The translations under genes were made by a program, and so were the position numbers. From NCBI GenBank assembly GCA_044221725.1, contig JBGAON010000001.1, forward strand, positions 1-64,000: a DNA stretch of 64,000 nt, written 5' to 3'. This stretch comes from Elusimicrobiota bacterium (GTDB lineage Bacteria; Elusimicrobiota; Elusimicrobia; F11). Below, in pieces: positions 37,324 to 46,371 of the stretch (position 1 is the stretch's first letter; each line of letters starts with the position of its first letter). A model generated the notes under the pieces. It was not told where the DNA came from. It worked only from the letters and a program-made list of their open reading frames with translations, and ran no database searches.

Positions 37324-38349
37324 ATGTCAGAACGGAAAACTTATAGCGTCGCGGTTGTAGGTGCCACCGGAGCGGTGGGCTTGGAAATGATTCGTATGCT
37401 TGAGGATCGGAAATTTCCGGTAAAGGAGTTGCGTCTTTTCGCGAGCGAGCGATCTTCCGGTAAATCGTTGACATTCAAAGGCCGCCCGGTTAATGTGCAA
37501 ACAATTGATGATCAATCTATTTCAGGACTGGACATCGCAATATTTTCTGCTGGCGCGACGGTTTCAAAGGAAGTTGCCCCTCTTTTTGCGAAAAAAGGCG
37601 TGTTTGTGATTGATAACTCAAGTGCCTGGCGCATGGATCCCGAAATCCCCCTCGTCGTTCCGGAAGTCAATCCGCACGTTTTGTCGAAAGATAAAAAAAT
37701 AATTGCCAATCCCAACTGCTCGACCATCCAGATGGTTGTGGCGTTGAAGCCCATTCACGACGTCGCAAAGATTAAAACCATTCGCGTTGCGACCTACCAG
37801 GCGGTTTCTGGTGCGGGCGCAAAAGGAATGAAGGATTTGGATGACCAGTCTCGGGCTTGGGCCGCCGGTAAGCCAATCCCGCAGGGAAAGAAGATTTCAC
37901 ACCAGATTGCGTTTAATCTCGTTCCTCAGATCGACGTTTTTACCGACAATGGTTACACCAAAGAAGAAATGAAAATGGTCAATGAGACGCAAAAGATTAT
38001 GGAGGCACCTCATATTAATGTGTCCGCCACGTGTGTGCGCGTTCCTGTTTTCCGATCTCATTCCGAAGCGGTTTGGATCGAAACGGAGAAACCGATTTCC
38101 GCGTCCGAAGCGCAAGAGATCTTGAAGAATTCGCCCGGTATCGTGCTTCAAGATGAGCCCTCGAAAGCTTCTTACCCCATGCCTCTTCATGCCGAAGCAC
38201 AGCAGAAGACATTCGTCGGTCGAATTCGCCAAGATTTGGCATCGAAGAACGGCCTGTCAATGTGGATCGTGTCGGATAACTTGCTGAAGGGTGCCGCTTT
38301 AAATGCTGTTGAAATTGCCGAATTGCTGGTGGCTCGGGGCTTGGTTTGA
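37324..38349 (+). CDS. asd: Aspartate-semialdehyde dehydrogenase
   Basis: VVGATGAVG, IDNSSAWRM, IANPNCSTIQ, DNLLKGAALN. Confidence 0.96.
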   Translation: MSERKTYSVAVVGATGAVGLEMIRMLEDRKFPVKELRLFASERSSGKSLTFKGRPVNVQTIDDQSISGLDIAIFSAGATVSKEVAPLFAKKGVFVIDNSSAWRMDPEIPLVVPEVNPHVLSKDKKIIANPNCSTIQMVVALKPIHDVAKIKTIRVATYQAVSGAGAKGMKDLDDQSRAWAAGKPIPQGKKISHQIAFNLVPQIDVFTDNGYTKEEMKMVNETQKIMEAPHINVSATCVRVPVFRSHSEAVWIETEKPISASEAQEILKNSPGIVLQDEPSKASYPMPLHAEAQQKTFVGRIRQDLASKNGLSMWIVSDNLLKGAALNAVEIAELLVARGLV

Positions 38350-38350
38350 T

Positions 38351-38366
38351 TGTTCCACGTGGAACA
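38351..38366. other. parS-type centromere site
   Basis: Perfect intergenic 16-bp palindrome TGTTCCACGTGGAACA fitting the TGTTNCACGTGNAACA consensus. Confidence 0.8.
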
Positions 38367-38411
38367 CGCCCAGCTTTCTCTAACGTGCTGGATAAAGATT
38401 AAGGAGTAAAA

Positions 38412-39593
38412 ATGAAAGAACGACATAGTTTTGGCGTTTATATCGCGGCGATAGCTTCCATGGCTGTGGTATCGCTGGTATCAGCAGAAATTATCGGGAA
38501 AAGCGTTGCCACCGTAAATGGAGAGGCAATCTACTCAGCCGAGTTCGATAACAATCTGGATGCGTTGCTGGATCAGCATAAAAAAATGGCGCCTAACGAG
38601 CCACAAACAGGCGAGTGGCTTCGGACCAATAAAAAACTGTTGTTGGATCAAATGATTGAAGAAAAGTTGCTCCTTCAAGAAGCGAATCGGCGGAAGATCG
38701 TGGTACCGAAGCGGCAACTTGAAGAGGGAATTCTTCAGATCAAGAACCGATTCAAGAATGTTCAGCCGAATGCCAAACCAACAAAAGAAGATTATGAACG
38801 CGACCTTTCGCCAGACGAAAAGAAGGCGTTCCTTGAAGAGCTCAAAATTCAGGGAATTACAGAGAAAGAGTTTGAAACAAAAATTAATGATCAATTAAAA
38901 GTGCTGCGTCTAACGGAAGAAGAAATCCGCGGAAAAGTGCCTCCTCCGGTCAAAGAAGATCGAGCAGATTCCGGCGCTGAGCCGAAGGAAATTTCTCCTG
39001 CCTACGAAAAGGAAACGCAGGCTTTGTATGCAGATGTTGAAAAACGCTTCAACCAGAAGGATTTTAAGCCGAATCCCGAAAATGACACCGATCAAATCGT
39101 GGAAGTGCTGCGGAGCAAACTGGGGGAATCGGTGCACGCCCGGCACATTTTGGTGAAATCAAGTCGGAACGACGATTTCAAAAAGCGCCAGGCCGCCTTG
39201 GCAAAAGCCCAAGCGCTTAAAAAGGAACTGGACAAGGGTGCTGATTTTGTGGACCTTGCTAATCAAAAATCTGAGGGACCCAGCGCAAAAAATGGTGGAG
39301 ATTTGGGATTCTTTACTCGGGGCCAAATGACGCCGGAGTTTGAAAAGGCGGCGTTCTCTTTGCCCGTCGGTGGCATTTCGGACGTCGTGGAAACAGAGTT
39401 TGGTTATCACATTATTCAGGTTGAAGAAAAGCGGGCTGCAAAAAAGCTGCGGTACGAGGATATCAAGCTCGATCTGGCCGGTTATTTGTATCAGAAAAAA
39501 ATGAAGGATCGTTACGATCAATTTGTCGGTGATTTGCGAAAAAAAGCCGATATCAAGATTTCGATCGATCTCGATAAAGATAAAAAGGGTTAA
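38412..39593 (+). CDS. Exported parvulin-type PPIase/chaperone (SurA/PrsA-like)
   Basis: Signal peptide; VATVNGEAI; HARHILVK, GGDLGFF, VETEFGYHII. Confidence 0.88.
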   Translation: MKERHSFGVYIAAIASMAVVSLVSAEIIGKSVATVNGEAIYSAEFDNNLDALLDQHKKMAPNEPQTGEWLRTNKKLLLDQMIEEKLLLQEANRRKIVVPKRQLEEGILQIKNRFKNVQPNAKPTKEDYERDLSPDEKKAFLEELKIQGITEKEFETKINDQLKVLRLTEEEIRGKVPPPVKEDRADSGAEPKEISPAYEKETQALYADVEKRFNQKDFKPNPENDTDQIVEVLRSKLGESVHARHILVKSSRNDDFKKRQAALAKAQALKKELDKGADFVDLANQKSEGPSAKNGGDLGFFTRGQMTPEFEKAAFSLPVGGISDVVETEFGYHIIQVEEKRAAKKLRYEDIKLDLAGYLYQKKMKDRYDQFVGDLRKKADIKISIDLDKDKKG

Positions 39594-39602
39594 TAAAAAA
39601 TG

Positions 39603-39631
39603 TTGACGAATTCACTACTTATTAGTATTAA
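39603..39631 (+). promoter_or_regulatory. Candidate sigma70 promoter of rplM-rpsI
   Basis: TTGACG-17 nt-TATTAA with an upstream A-tract. Confidence 0.5.
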
Positions 39632-39640
39632 CAGCGCCTT

Positions 39641-40087
39641 ATGTTGAACAAAACGTACCAACCATCACAAATTTCCGTCGAGCGCAAGTGGCATCTCGTG
39701 GATGCGAAGGGTCAGATTTTGGGCCGGCTTGCTGGAGACATTGCAAAAAGACTTTCAGGGAAAACGAAGCGGACGTACACCCCTCATATCGACTTGGGGG
39801 ATTTCGTTGTCGTTGTGAACGCCGAAGGTGTTCGCATCACTGGTAATAACAAGCCCGTTCAGAAAATCGATTTTCGGCATTCGGGCTATCCAGGCGGCGA
39901 TACGATCACTCCGTACGGTGAATTTTTGAAAAAGAAACCGGAGCGCGCAATTGAATTGGCCGTTTCCGGAATGCTTGCAAAGAACAAATTGCGCGACCGC
40001 CAAATGGCGCGCTTGAAAGTTTACAAAGGGCCCGCGCATCCGCATGGAGCGCAATTCGCAACGAAAGTAGCCGTATCGGCTGCTTAA
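39641..40087 (+). CDS. rplM: 50S ribosomal protein L13
   Basis: WHLVDAKGQILGRLA, YTPHIDLGDFVVVVNA, HPHGAQ. Confidence 0.97.
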   Translation: MLNKTYQPSQISVERKWHLVDAKGQILGRLAGDIAKRLSGKTKRTYTPHIDLGDFVVVVNAEGVRITGNNKPVQKIDFRHSGYPGGDTITPYGEFLKKKPERAIELAVSGMLAKNKLRDRQMARLKVYKGPAHPHGAQFATKVAVSAA

Positions 40088-40102
40088 AGAAAGGTAATCT
40101 CA

Positions 40103-40510
40103 ATGGCAACACTCTCCGCATCATTTCCAATCTGGGCCACCGGCCGACGCAAAGAGAGCGTCGCTCGCGTGCGCGTTGAACAAGGAACCGGTCAGCTTTT
40201 GATTAACGATAAATCAATTAGCGATTATTTTGGTGGGCATGTTCGTGCTCGCGCCTTAGCGACGGCCCCACTTCATCACACTCGCAGTGCGACCACGCTT
40301 GATTTCCATATTTCCGTCCTCGGTGGCGGAGTCACTGGGCAATCGGGCGCAGTTTCCCTCGGCATCGCACGCGCCATCGTCGAACTTGAACCAGGTTTGC
40401 GTTCGGTTCTTCGCAAAGAGGGATTCTTGACGCGCGACCCGCGTATGGTCGAGCGCAAGAAACCGGGCCAACCAAAAGCCCGTCGTCGTTTCCAACATTC
40501 CAAACGATAA
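40103..40510 (+). CDS. rpsI: 30S ribosomal protein S9
   Basis: TGRRKESVARV, GGGVTGQSGA, LTRDPRMVERKKPG...ARRRFQHSKR. Confidence 0.97.
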   Translation: MATLSASFPIWATGRRKESVARVRVEQGTGQLLINDKSISDYFGGHVRARALATAPLHHTRSATTLDFHISVLGGGVTGQSGAVSLGIARAIVELEPGLRSVLRKEGFLTRDPRMVERKKPGQPKARRRFQHSKR

Positions 40511-41417
40511 ATCAAAGTCCGCAGAATTTTTCCGAAAGCTTGGTTACAAACACCAAGTCGCGGGCCGTTTTGTCGCTGCACGTGTTGCGTATGAAAATCT
40601 TTATCGAACCGAAAGCTCTTCGGAAGCCGCTCTTCGTGTCGGCGACGTATGCCGTCAGCTCGAGGATTTCCGCTCGGCGCTGGTTTGGTACAAACGCGCC
40701 GAGACTTTTGCACGTACGTGGAACATTCCTGAGGACTTCGATGACGCGCAAATGGGCAAAGCAATGTGCGCGCGTGGACTTGGCCAATACCGTTCAGCGA
40801 TCAAACAATTAAAGTCCTGCCTTAAAAATTACCAACAAAAATCCGACCCGGAAGGTGTGGCTTATGCGTTATGGGCGATCGGTACAACCGAACGATTTGC
40901 GAAACGTTTTTCGTTCGCAGAAAAACATCTTCGCGAAAGTGTGAGGCGATATCAGAAAATAAAAGATACCAATGGCCTCGCCTATGCGCGCTGTGGACTG
41001 GGCGGTACGTTGCGTATGCGAGGAAAATACCGGGAATCGAGACTTTTGTATCGGCGTGCCTTTGACTATTTCAAGAAAAAGCGCGACCGGTTTGGTATGG
41101 CCTATTCCAGTTGTGGGCAGGGGAACGCTTTGCGAATGCTTCGGCAGCCGCAAAAGGGTCTTCCGTTTATGAATCGTGCAATTCAGTTCTATCGATCCTT
41201 GGGTCTTAAAGGCCCACTCGGTTTTGTGCTGTGGAGTCGCTCTCAAGCGTGGGCTCAATTGCACAACGCGAAGCAAGCGTGGATAGACCTAAAGGAAGCG
41301 CAAAAAATGTTTTCTTCCGTCGACGATCGTCGTGGACTCGCTTATTGCAGGATCGGTGCCAAGCGTGTCCATTGCGAAATTCAAAAAAGACCTTGCAAGA
41401 TAATCGAAATCCCTTAA
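40497..41417 (+). CDS. Basic TPR-repeat protein (start uncertain; first ATG is 40752)
   Basis: Long TPR-like repeats (AYALWAIG, AYARCGLG, AYSSCGQG); the frame is open from 40431 and TPR-like well upstream of ATG 40752. Confidence 0.7.
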   Translation: MPNDKSKSAEFFRKLGYKHQVAGRFVAARVAYENLYRTESSSEAALRVGDVCRQLEDFRSALVWYKRAETFARTWNIPEDFDDAQMGKAMCARGLGQYRSAIKQLKSCLKNYQQKSDPEGVAYALWAIGTTERFAKRFSFAEKHLRESVRRYQKIKDTNGLAYARCGLGGTLRMRGKYRESRLLYRRAFDYFKKKRDRFGMAYSSCGQGNALRMLRQPQKGLPFMNRAIQFYRSLGLKGPLGFVLWSRSQAWAQLHNAKQAWIDLKEAQKMFSSVDDRRGLAYCRIGAKRVHCEIQKRPCKIIEIP

Positions 41418-41475
41418 AGTAAAAGCGTGCAGTAAGACGCTTTATTTCGATGGATATTATGCGAGGAGGAAGCTC

Positions 41476-41757
41476 GTGAAGAAGAATGAATTGATCGACA
41501 GGGTAACACGTGAAGCGCGTCTCCGTCGTTCAGAGGCCGTAAGAGCGGTAAAAGCCGTGGTGGGATCCATTCGGGCGACCATTTCAGAAGGGGGAAAAAT
41601 TTCCCTCTCCGGATTGGGGACCTTTAAGGTGAAATCACGAAAGGCTCGGCCGGGACGGAATCCGAAGACCGGTGAAACGATTCAAATTCCTGTGGGTCGC
41701 AAGATTTCTTTCAAGCCTAGCTTGGCTCTAAAGAAACTTATTAAAAGCCCCGCGTAA
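41476..41757 (+). CDS. hup: HU/IHF-family DNA-binding protein
   Basis: MKKNELI, GLGTFKV, RPGRNPKTGETIQIP, FKPS. Confidence 0.9.
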   Translation: MKKNELIDRVTREARLRRSEAVRAVKAVVGSIRATISEGGKISLSGLGTFKVKSRKARPGRNPKTGETIQIPVGRKISFKPSLALKKLIKSPA

Positions 41758-41841
41758 TTTCCGCACTCTTCGTTCTTGGGTCCCGTGCCGCATTCAGCAG
41801 CGCGGGACCGATGGGCCTGTTTTTAATACAATCCCCGGCCC

Positions 41842-43080
41842 ATGATTTCGTCTCCTCTTAAACTAAAAAATCTTCCTCCTTATATATTTGGCAGGATCAA
41901 ATCGCTAGGAATCGAAGCCGCGTCCAACCGACTTGACGTGATTGATCTTTCCATGGGGAATCCCGATCTTCCCACGCCACAACCCATCGTTGATCGGCTT
42001 ATTGATTCTGTTTCCAATCATCCGCGCACGCACCGTTATCCGCAAGCGAAAGGCATGCCGAAATTTCGCAGCGCTGTGAGTTCGTGGATGAAGAAGCGAT
42101 TCGACGTTGATCTGAACCCCGAGAGTGAAGTGTGTACGTTAATCGGGTCAAAAGAGGGAATCGCTAACTTGTGCCAAACCTATTTGCGGGCGGGCGATAT
42201 CGCGCTCGTGCCCAGTCCATGCTATCCGGTGCATTTCTTTGGCGTTGTGCTCGCACAAGCAAAACCGTATTTGCTGCCGATCAACGAAAAGAACAATTAC
42301 CTTCCGGAGCTGGAAAAGATTCCCGAAAAAGTTGCGCGCCGTGCGAAAATTCTTTTTCTTAACTATCCGAACAATCCAACGGCAGCTTGTCTGGACGACA
42401 TAAACTATCTGAAAGACGTGATTCGATTCGCGAAGAAATACGGAATTCTCGTTTGCTACGACAATGCTTATTCCGAAATTGCGTTCGATGGTTACAAGCC
42501 AATTAGTTTTTTTGAGGTGCCTGGAGCGCGGGATGTGGGACTCGAATTTCATTCCTTCTCGAAAACCTTCAACATGGCCGGGTGGCGACTCGGTTGGGCG
42601 TGCGGTTCCGAGAAACTCCTCGGTCCGATGGTGAAGTTCAAATCGTATATCGACTACGGCGCACCATCGTTCATTCAGCTTTCCGGTGTAAAAGCTCTCG
42701 AAATCTGGCCTGGCCCCGTGAAGGAATTGGTGTCCGTGTATCAGCGGCGCCGGGATTATCTTTACGATGGACTTACGAGTCTTGGCTGGAAACTTCGCAA
42801 ACCCAAAGCAACCATGTATCTCTGGGCAGAAATTCCGGAGCCTTACAAAAAAATGGGATCGCTGAGATTTTGTGAGAAGTTGATCAAGGAAACCGGCATT
42901 GCGCTTTCGCCCGGGATTGGGTTTGGCGAAGCGGGTGAAGGTTTTGTTCGTTTTGCTCTCGTGACACGCGACAGCCGTTTTTATGATTTGTTGGTGAGGC
43001 TTAAAAAATTTCAAGGCGTTTCTGGCGTAACGATTCGTGAGCCAAAGATTTCAAAGACGAACGAGAAGGCTGGCGCATGA
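41842..43080 (+). CDS. Class I/II PLP aminotransferase (AlaC/DapL-like)
   Basis: LPPYIF, GNPD, GSKEG, NYPNNPT, DNAY, SFSKTFNMAGWRLG. Confidence 0.88.
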   Translation: MISSPLKLKNLPPYIFGRIKSLGIEAASNRLDVIDLSMGNPDLPTPQPIVDRLIDSVSNHPRTHRYPQAKGMPKFRSAVSSWMKKRFDVDLNPESEVCTLIGSKEGIANLCQTYLRAGDIALVPSPCYPVHFFGVVLAQAKPYLLPINEKNNYLPELEKIPEKVARRAKILFLNYPNNPTAACLDDINYLKDVIRFAKKYGILVCYDNAYSEIAFDGYKPISFFEVPGARDVGLEFHSFSKTFNMAGWRLGWACGSEKLLGPMVKFKSYIDYGAPSFIQLSGVKALEIWPGPVKELVSVYQRRRDYLYDGLTSLGWKLRKPKATMYLWAEIPEPYKKMGSLRFCEKLIKETGIALSPGIGFGEAGEGFVRFALVTRDSRFYDLLVRLKKFQGVSGVTIREPKISKTNEKAGA

Positions 43081-44381
43081 AAGACAAAGTAACGTTGGGC
43101 CTCATCGGATTTGGGGTGGTTGGAAGCGGCACCGTCGAACTCTTAAAAAGAAATCGGAAGGACATCGAGGCGCGCGTCGGCGCCCCGGTTCATTTGAAGT
43201 GGATTTGCAGTCGCAGCCGCAAAAAATCGCCGCTTATTGAGCGGGGCGTGAAACAAACGAAGCGTTGGAAAGAAGTGGTAACGGACCCGGAAGTTGACTG
43301 TGTCGTTGAGCTAATGGGGGGAACGGAGCCCGCTAAAGACGTTGTTTTATCCGCGCTGCAGCACGGCAAGCATGTGGTCACCGCCAACAAAGCCATTCTC
43401 TCTCAACATTGGAACGAAATCTTCAAGATCGCGACGCAACGCGGCAAGTTGGTTTATTTCGAAGCGGCGGTGGGGGGCGGTGTTCCGGTTGTTCAGGCGC
43501 TCAACGAGGGTTTGGCTGGAAATGAAATCTATAAGATTGTTGGAATTCTCAATGGAACTACGAACTTTATTTTAACGCGCATGAAAGAAAACGGTCTCAG
43601 TTTTGGCGCGGCATTGAAGCAAGCGCAAGCGGCAGGTTTCGCCGAGACGAATCCGACGTTTGACATCGACGGCACGGATGCAGCCCAGAAAGTTTCCATT
43701 CTTGGATCGCTGGCCACGGGTCAATGGATTTCTCCGGCGAATATTTATTGCGAAGGAATTGCCGATCTGCACGCGATTGATATTCGTCTCATTGAAGACC
43801 GGCTAAAAAGCACCATTAAACTTCTTGGTATAGGAGAGAAAACCGAAAAAGGTTGGATTTTTCGCGTGCATCCGACGCTTGTGCCGTTATCGCATCCGTT
43901 TGCAAACGTTCGTAACGAATACAACGCTATTTCGTTGTACGGCAACGCCGTTGGAAACGTAATGTTGTACGGCAAAGGCGCGGGCCGCTTCCCGACGTCA
44001 AGCGCGGTAATTTCGGACATCATTTTCCTGTGTCGCCAGATTGATAACGGCACCGCTGGCCAGCTTCCCTATGTAAATTGGGATCCCTCCACGAATGTTC
44101 AATTCGCGGATATGGAAAATCTCATGTGCCGGTATTACTTGCGCATCACGACACAAGATCGCCCGGGTGTTCTTGCGAAAATCACAAACATTCTCGGCAA
44201 GCACCACGTCTCGATAGCATCCGTCCACCAAGACACGTTCGAAGAGGAGAACGCTCGCAAATCCGTTCCGATCATATTGTTGACACACATGTCGCGTGAG
44301 GCGGACGTGCAAGCATCCGTGAAAGAGATTAACCGTTTGCCTTCGATTCGTGCTTCGTCTGTGCTGATTCGAATGGAATGA
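43077..44381 (+). CDS. hom: Homoserine dehydrogenase with ACT domain
   Basis: GFGVVG, HVVTANK, FEAAVGGGVP, GILNGTTNFIL, GKGAG. Confidence 0.95.
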   Translation: MKDKVTLGLIGFGVVGSGTVELLKRNRKDIEARVGAPVHLKWICSRSRKKSPLIERGVKQTKRWKEVVTDPEVDCVVELMGGTEPAKDVVLSALQHGKHVVTANKAILSQHWNEIFKIATQRGKLVYFEAAVGGGVPVVQALNEGLAGNEIYKIVGILNGTTNFILTRMKENGLSFGAALKQAQAAGFAETNPTFDIDGTDAAQKVSILGSLATGQWISPANIYCEGIADLHAIDIRLIEDRLKSTIKLLGIGEKTEKGWIFRVHPTLVPLSHPFANVRNEYNAISLYGNAVGNVMLYGKGAGRFPTSSAVISDIIFLCRQIDNGTAGQLPYVNWDPSTNVQFADMENLMCRYYLRITTQDRPGVLAKITNILGKHHVSIASVHQDTFEEENARKSVPIILLTHMSREADVQASVKEINRLPSIRASSVLIRME

Positions 44382-45451
44382 CGATGATTCAACATTGCGG
44401 AGTCATCGAACGGTATCGCGCATCGTTGCCGGTGCCTTCAGGCGCGAAGATTATTTCGTTGTGCGAAGGAGGCACGCCGCTTGTCGCGGCGCCGCGGTTG
44501 GCCGGCGCTATTGGTGCGCCCCACATTTCGCTGTATTTGAAATTGGAAGGATTGAACCCCACCGGTTCGTTTAAAGATCGTGGCATGACGCTCGCGGTGA
44601 CGGACGCGGTGGCGAACGGATCAAAAGCCATTATCTCAGCTTCGACTGGAAACACGTCGGCATCCGCGGCGGCGTACGCAGCTCGGGCAGGAATTAAATG
44701 CGTCGTGCTCATCCCTGATGGAAACATTGCGCTCGGAAAATTGTCGCAAGGACTCATGTACGGCGCACAAGTGTTGGCCATTCAGGGCAATTTTGATGAT
44801 GCGCTGGAGCTCGTCAAAGAAATTTCGCAGAAGTATCCGATCACAATGGTCAATTCGCTGAACGAGATGCGTATTGAAGGACAAAAGACCGGTGCGTTTG
44901 AAATCATAGAGGCGTTGGGTCGCGCGCCCGATTATCAATTCATGCCGGTCGGCAATGCGGGAAATATCACCGCTTATTGGAAAGGATACACCGAATATTT
45001 TGATCAGAAAAAAGTTTCCTCCAAGCCAAAGATGATGGGTTTTCAAGCAGAAGGAGCCGCGCCCATTGTGGAACGCCGGCCCATAAAGAATCCGGTAACA
45101 ATTGCCACCGCTATTAAAATTGGGAATCCCGCTTCATGGAAACGTGCGGAGGCTGCGCGTGACGAATCAGCGGGTGTCATTGATTGCGTATCGGATGAAG
45201 AAATTCTCGAAGCCTACACGCTCATGGCCCAACTCGAAGGAGTGTACTGCGAACCGGCGAGCGCCGCCGGCGTGGCGGGTCTCAAAAAATATATTTCGAA
45301 AAAGAAACTCGATTTGCCGAAAGGAACGGCAGTGGCCTGCATTATTACGGGCCACGGTTTGAAAGATCCGGATCGCGCCATCGCCGCAATGCCACGGCCC
45401 GTTTCCGTGAAAGCGGACATGAACGCGATCGCAAAAGTTCTAAATTTTTGA
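44378..45451 (+). CDS. thrC: Threonine synthase
   Basis: EGLNPTGSFKDRGM, ASTGNTSAS, PVGNAGNI, TGHGLKDP. Confidence 0.95.
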   Translation: MTMIQHCGVIERYRASLPVPSGAKIISLCEGGTPLVAAPRLAGAIGAPHISLYLKLEGLNPTGSFKDRGMTLAVTDAVANGSKAIISASTGNTSASAAAYAARAGIKCVVLIPDGNIALGKLSQGLMYGAQVLAIQGNFDDALELVKEISQKYPITMVNSLNEMRIEGQKTGAFEIIEALGRAPDYQFMPVGNAGNITAYWKGYTEYFDQKKVSSKPKMMGFQAEGAAPIVERRPIKNPVTIATAIKIGNPASWKRAEAARDESAGVIDCVSDEEILEAYTLMAQLEGVYCEPASAAGVAGLKKYISKKKLDLPKGTAVACIITGHGLKDPDRAIAAMPRPVSVKADMNAIAKVLNF

Positions 45452-45452
45452 C

Positions 45453-45938
45453 ATGAGCAATCGAATGAGAGGATGGAAATCGCTTCTCGTCATCGCGCTC
45501 GTCTTAAGCCTGGGAGCGGTTCTCGCTCAGAAAGACGTTTCTGTTCAAGAGAAAATGGAAAAAGAAGAAACGCAAATTGATCAGGCGGTCTCCCAGGCCG
45601 GTGGCACAATCTCTGAAAAACTCGCGAACCTGTTTCATCAGACACCCGATTCAATTCAAAAAATGCGGGATTCCGGCCAAGGATGGGGAAAGATCACTCT
45701 AATATTTTGCATGGCCGAGGGACTTCGGGCTGGAAGTCCAAAGGAATATTCAACCTACGACGACGCTTTGAAAAAAGTCAGTAGCGACTTCAGTGAAACC
45801 TCTTCTTACGAGATGACCGCAAAAAGGCTAAAAATTGATTTGGAAACGGTGATGGCGAACGCTCGAAAGTTGCGCAGCGAGCTTCACAACGAGAAACGTT
45901 TCCCGAATGGCAAAACGCCTGCTCCGAACGTCCCGTGA
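45453..45938 (+). CDS. Exported hypothetical protein
   Basis: Signal peptide ending AVLA-Q; helical; GQGWGKI motif. Confidence 0.65.
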   Translation: MSNRMRGWKSLLVIALVLSLGAVLAQKDVSVQEKMEKEETQIDQAVSQAGGTISEKLANLFHQTPDSIQKMRDSGQGWGKITLIFCMAEGLRAGSPKEYSTYDDALKKVSSDFSETSSYEMTAKRLKIDLETVMANARKLRSELHNEKRFPNGKTPAPNVP

Positions 45939-46020
45939 CGCAATCACTTTTGCAGGCCGTCACGTCATCCCTCCTGTTATCTCTGTCGGTTTTTTTCCGA
46001 AACCGTTAAACTCGGCGTTC

Positions 46021-46371
46021 ATGGCACGAAAAATTCTCGTTGCGGCGCAGGTTGCCGCAACGCTTCTCTTTGTTTTGCATTACCGCGCGAACACCTCCGG
46101 CAATTGGATGGCTTGGGTGACGCCGCTGGCGATTTTGATTCTCATTGTGATCAACTCCGTTTGGTTCTCTCGCTTCGGATCGTGGCTCATATTTTCGTTG
46201 GCGTTTTTTTCTCTGTTGGTGATCTTGAGTGCTTTTACGCTACGATGGCGCTTGGAACCGGAATTCTCGGCGCGTCCTTTTTACCGCTCGCTCGGCATGT
46301 ACACACTTTTTATTTACATCAGTCTTGGGCAGATAAAAATTTTGGGAGGAGCCAATGCCGCGCAGAAATAA
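46021..46371 (+). CDS. Small four-TM hypothetical membrane protein
   Basis: Four hydrophobic segments; overlaps the livK start. Confidence 0.6.
   Translation: MARKILVAAQVAATLLFVLHYRANTSGNWMAWVTPLAILILIVINSVWFSRFGSWLIFSLAFFSLLVILSAFTLRWRLEPEFSARPFYRSLGMYTLFIYISLGQIKILGGANAAQK

Noticed and set aside
40710..40725. Second parS-like sequence GCACGTACGTGGAACA
   Set aside because: Only the right 10 bp match and it lies in a probable coding frame.
41779..41809. Hairpin GGTCCCGTGC...GCGCGGGACC after hup as a terminator
   Set aside because: The T-tract is about 10 nt away from the stem, so it is not confidently an intrinsic terminator.
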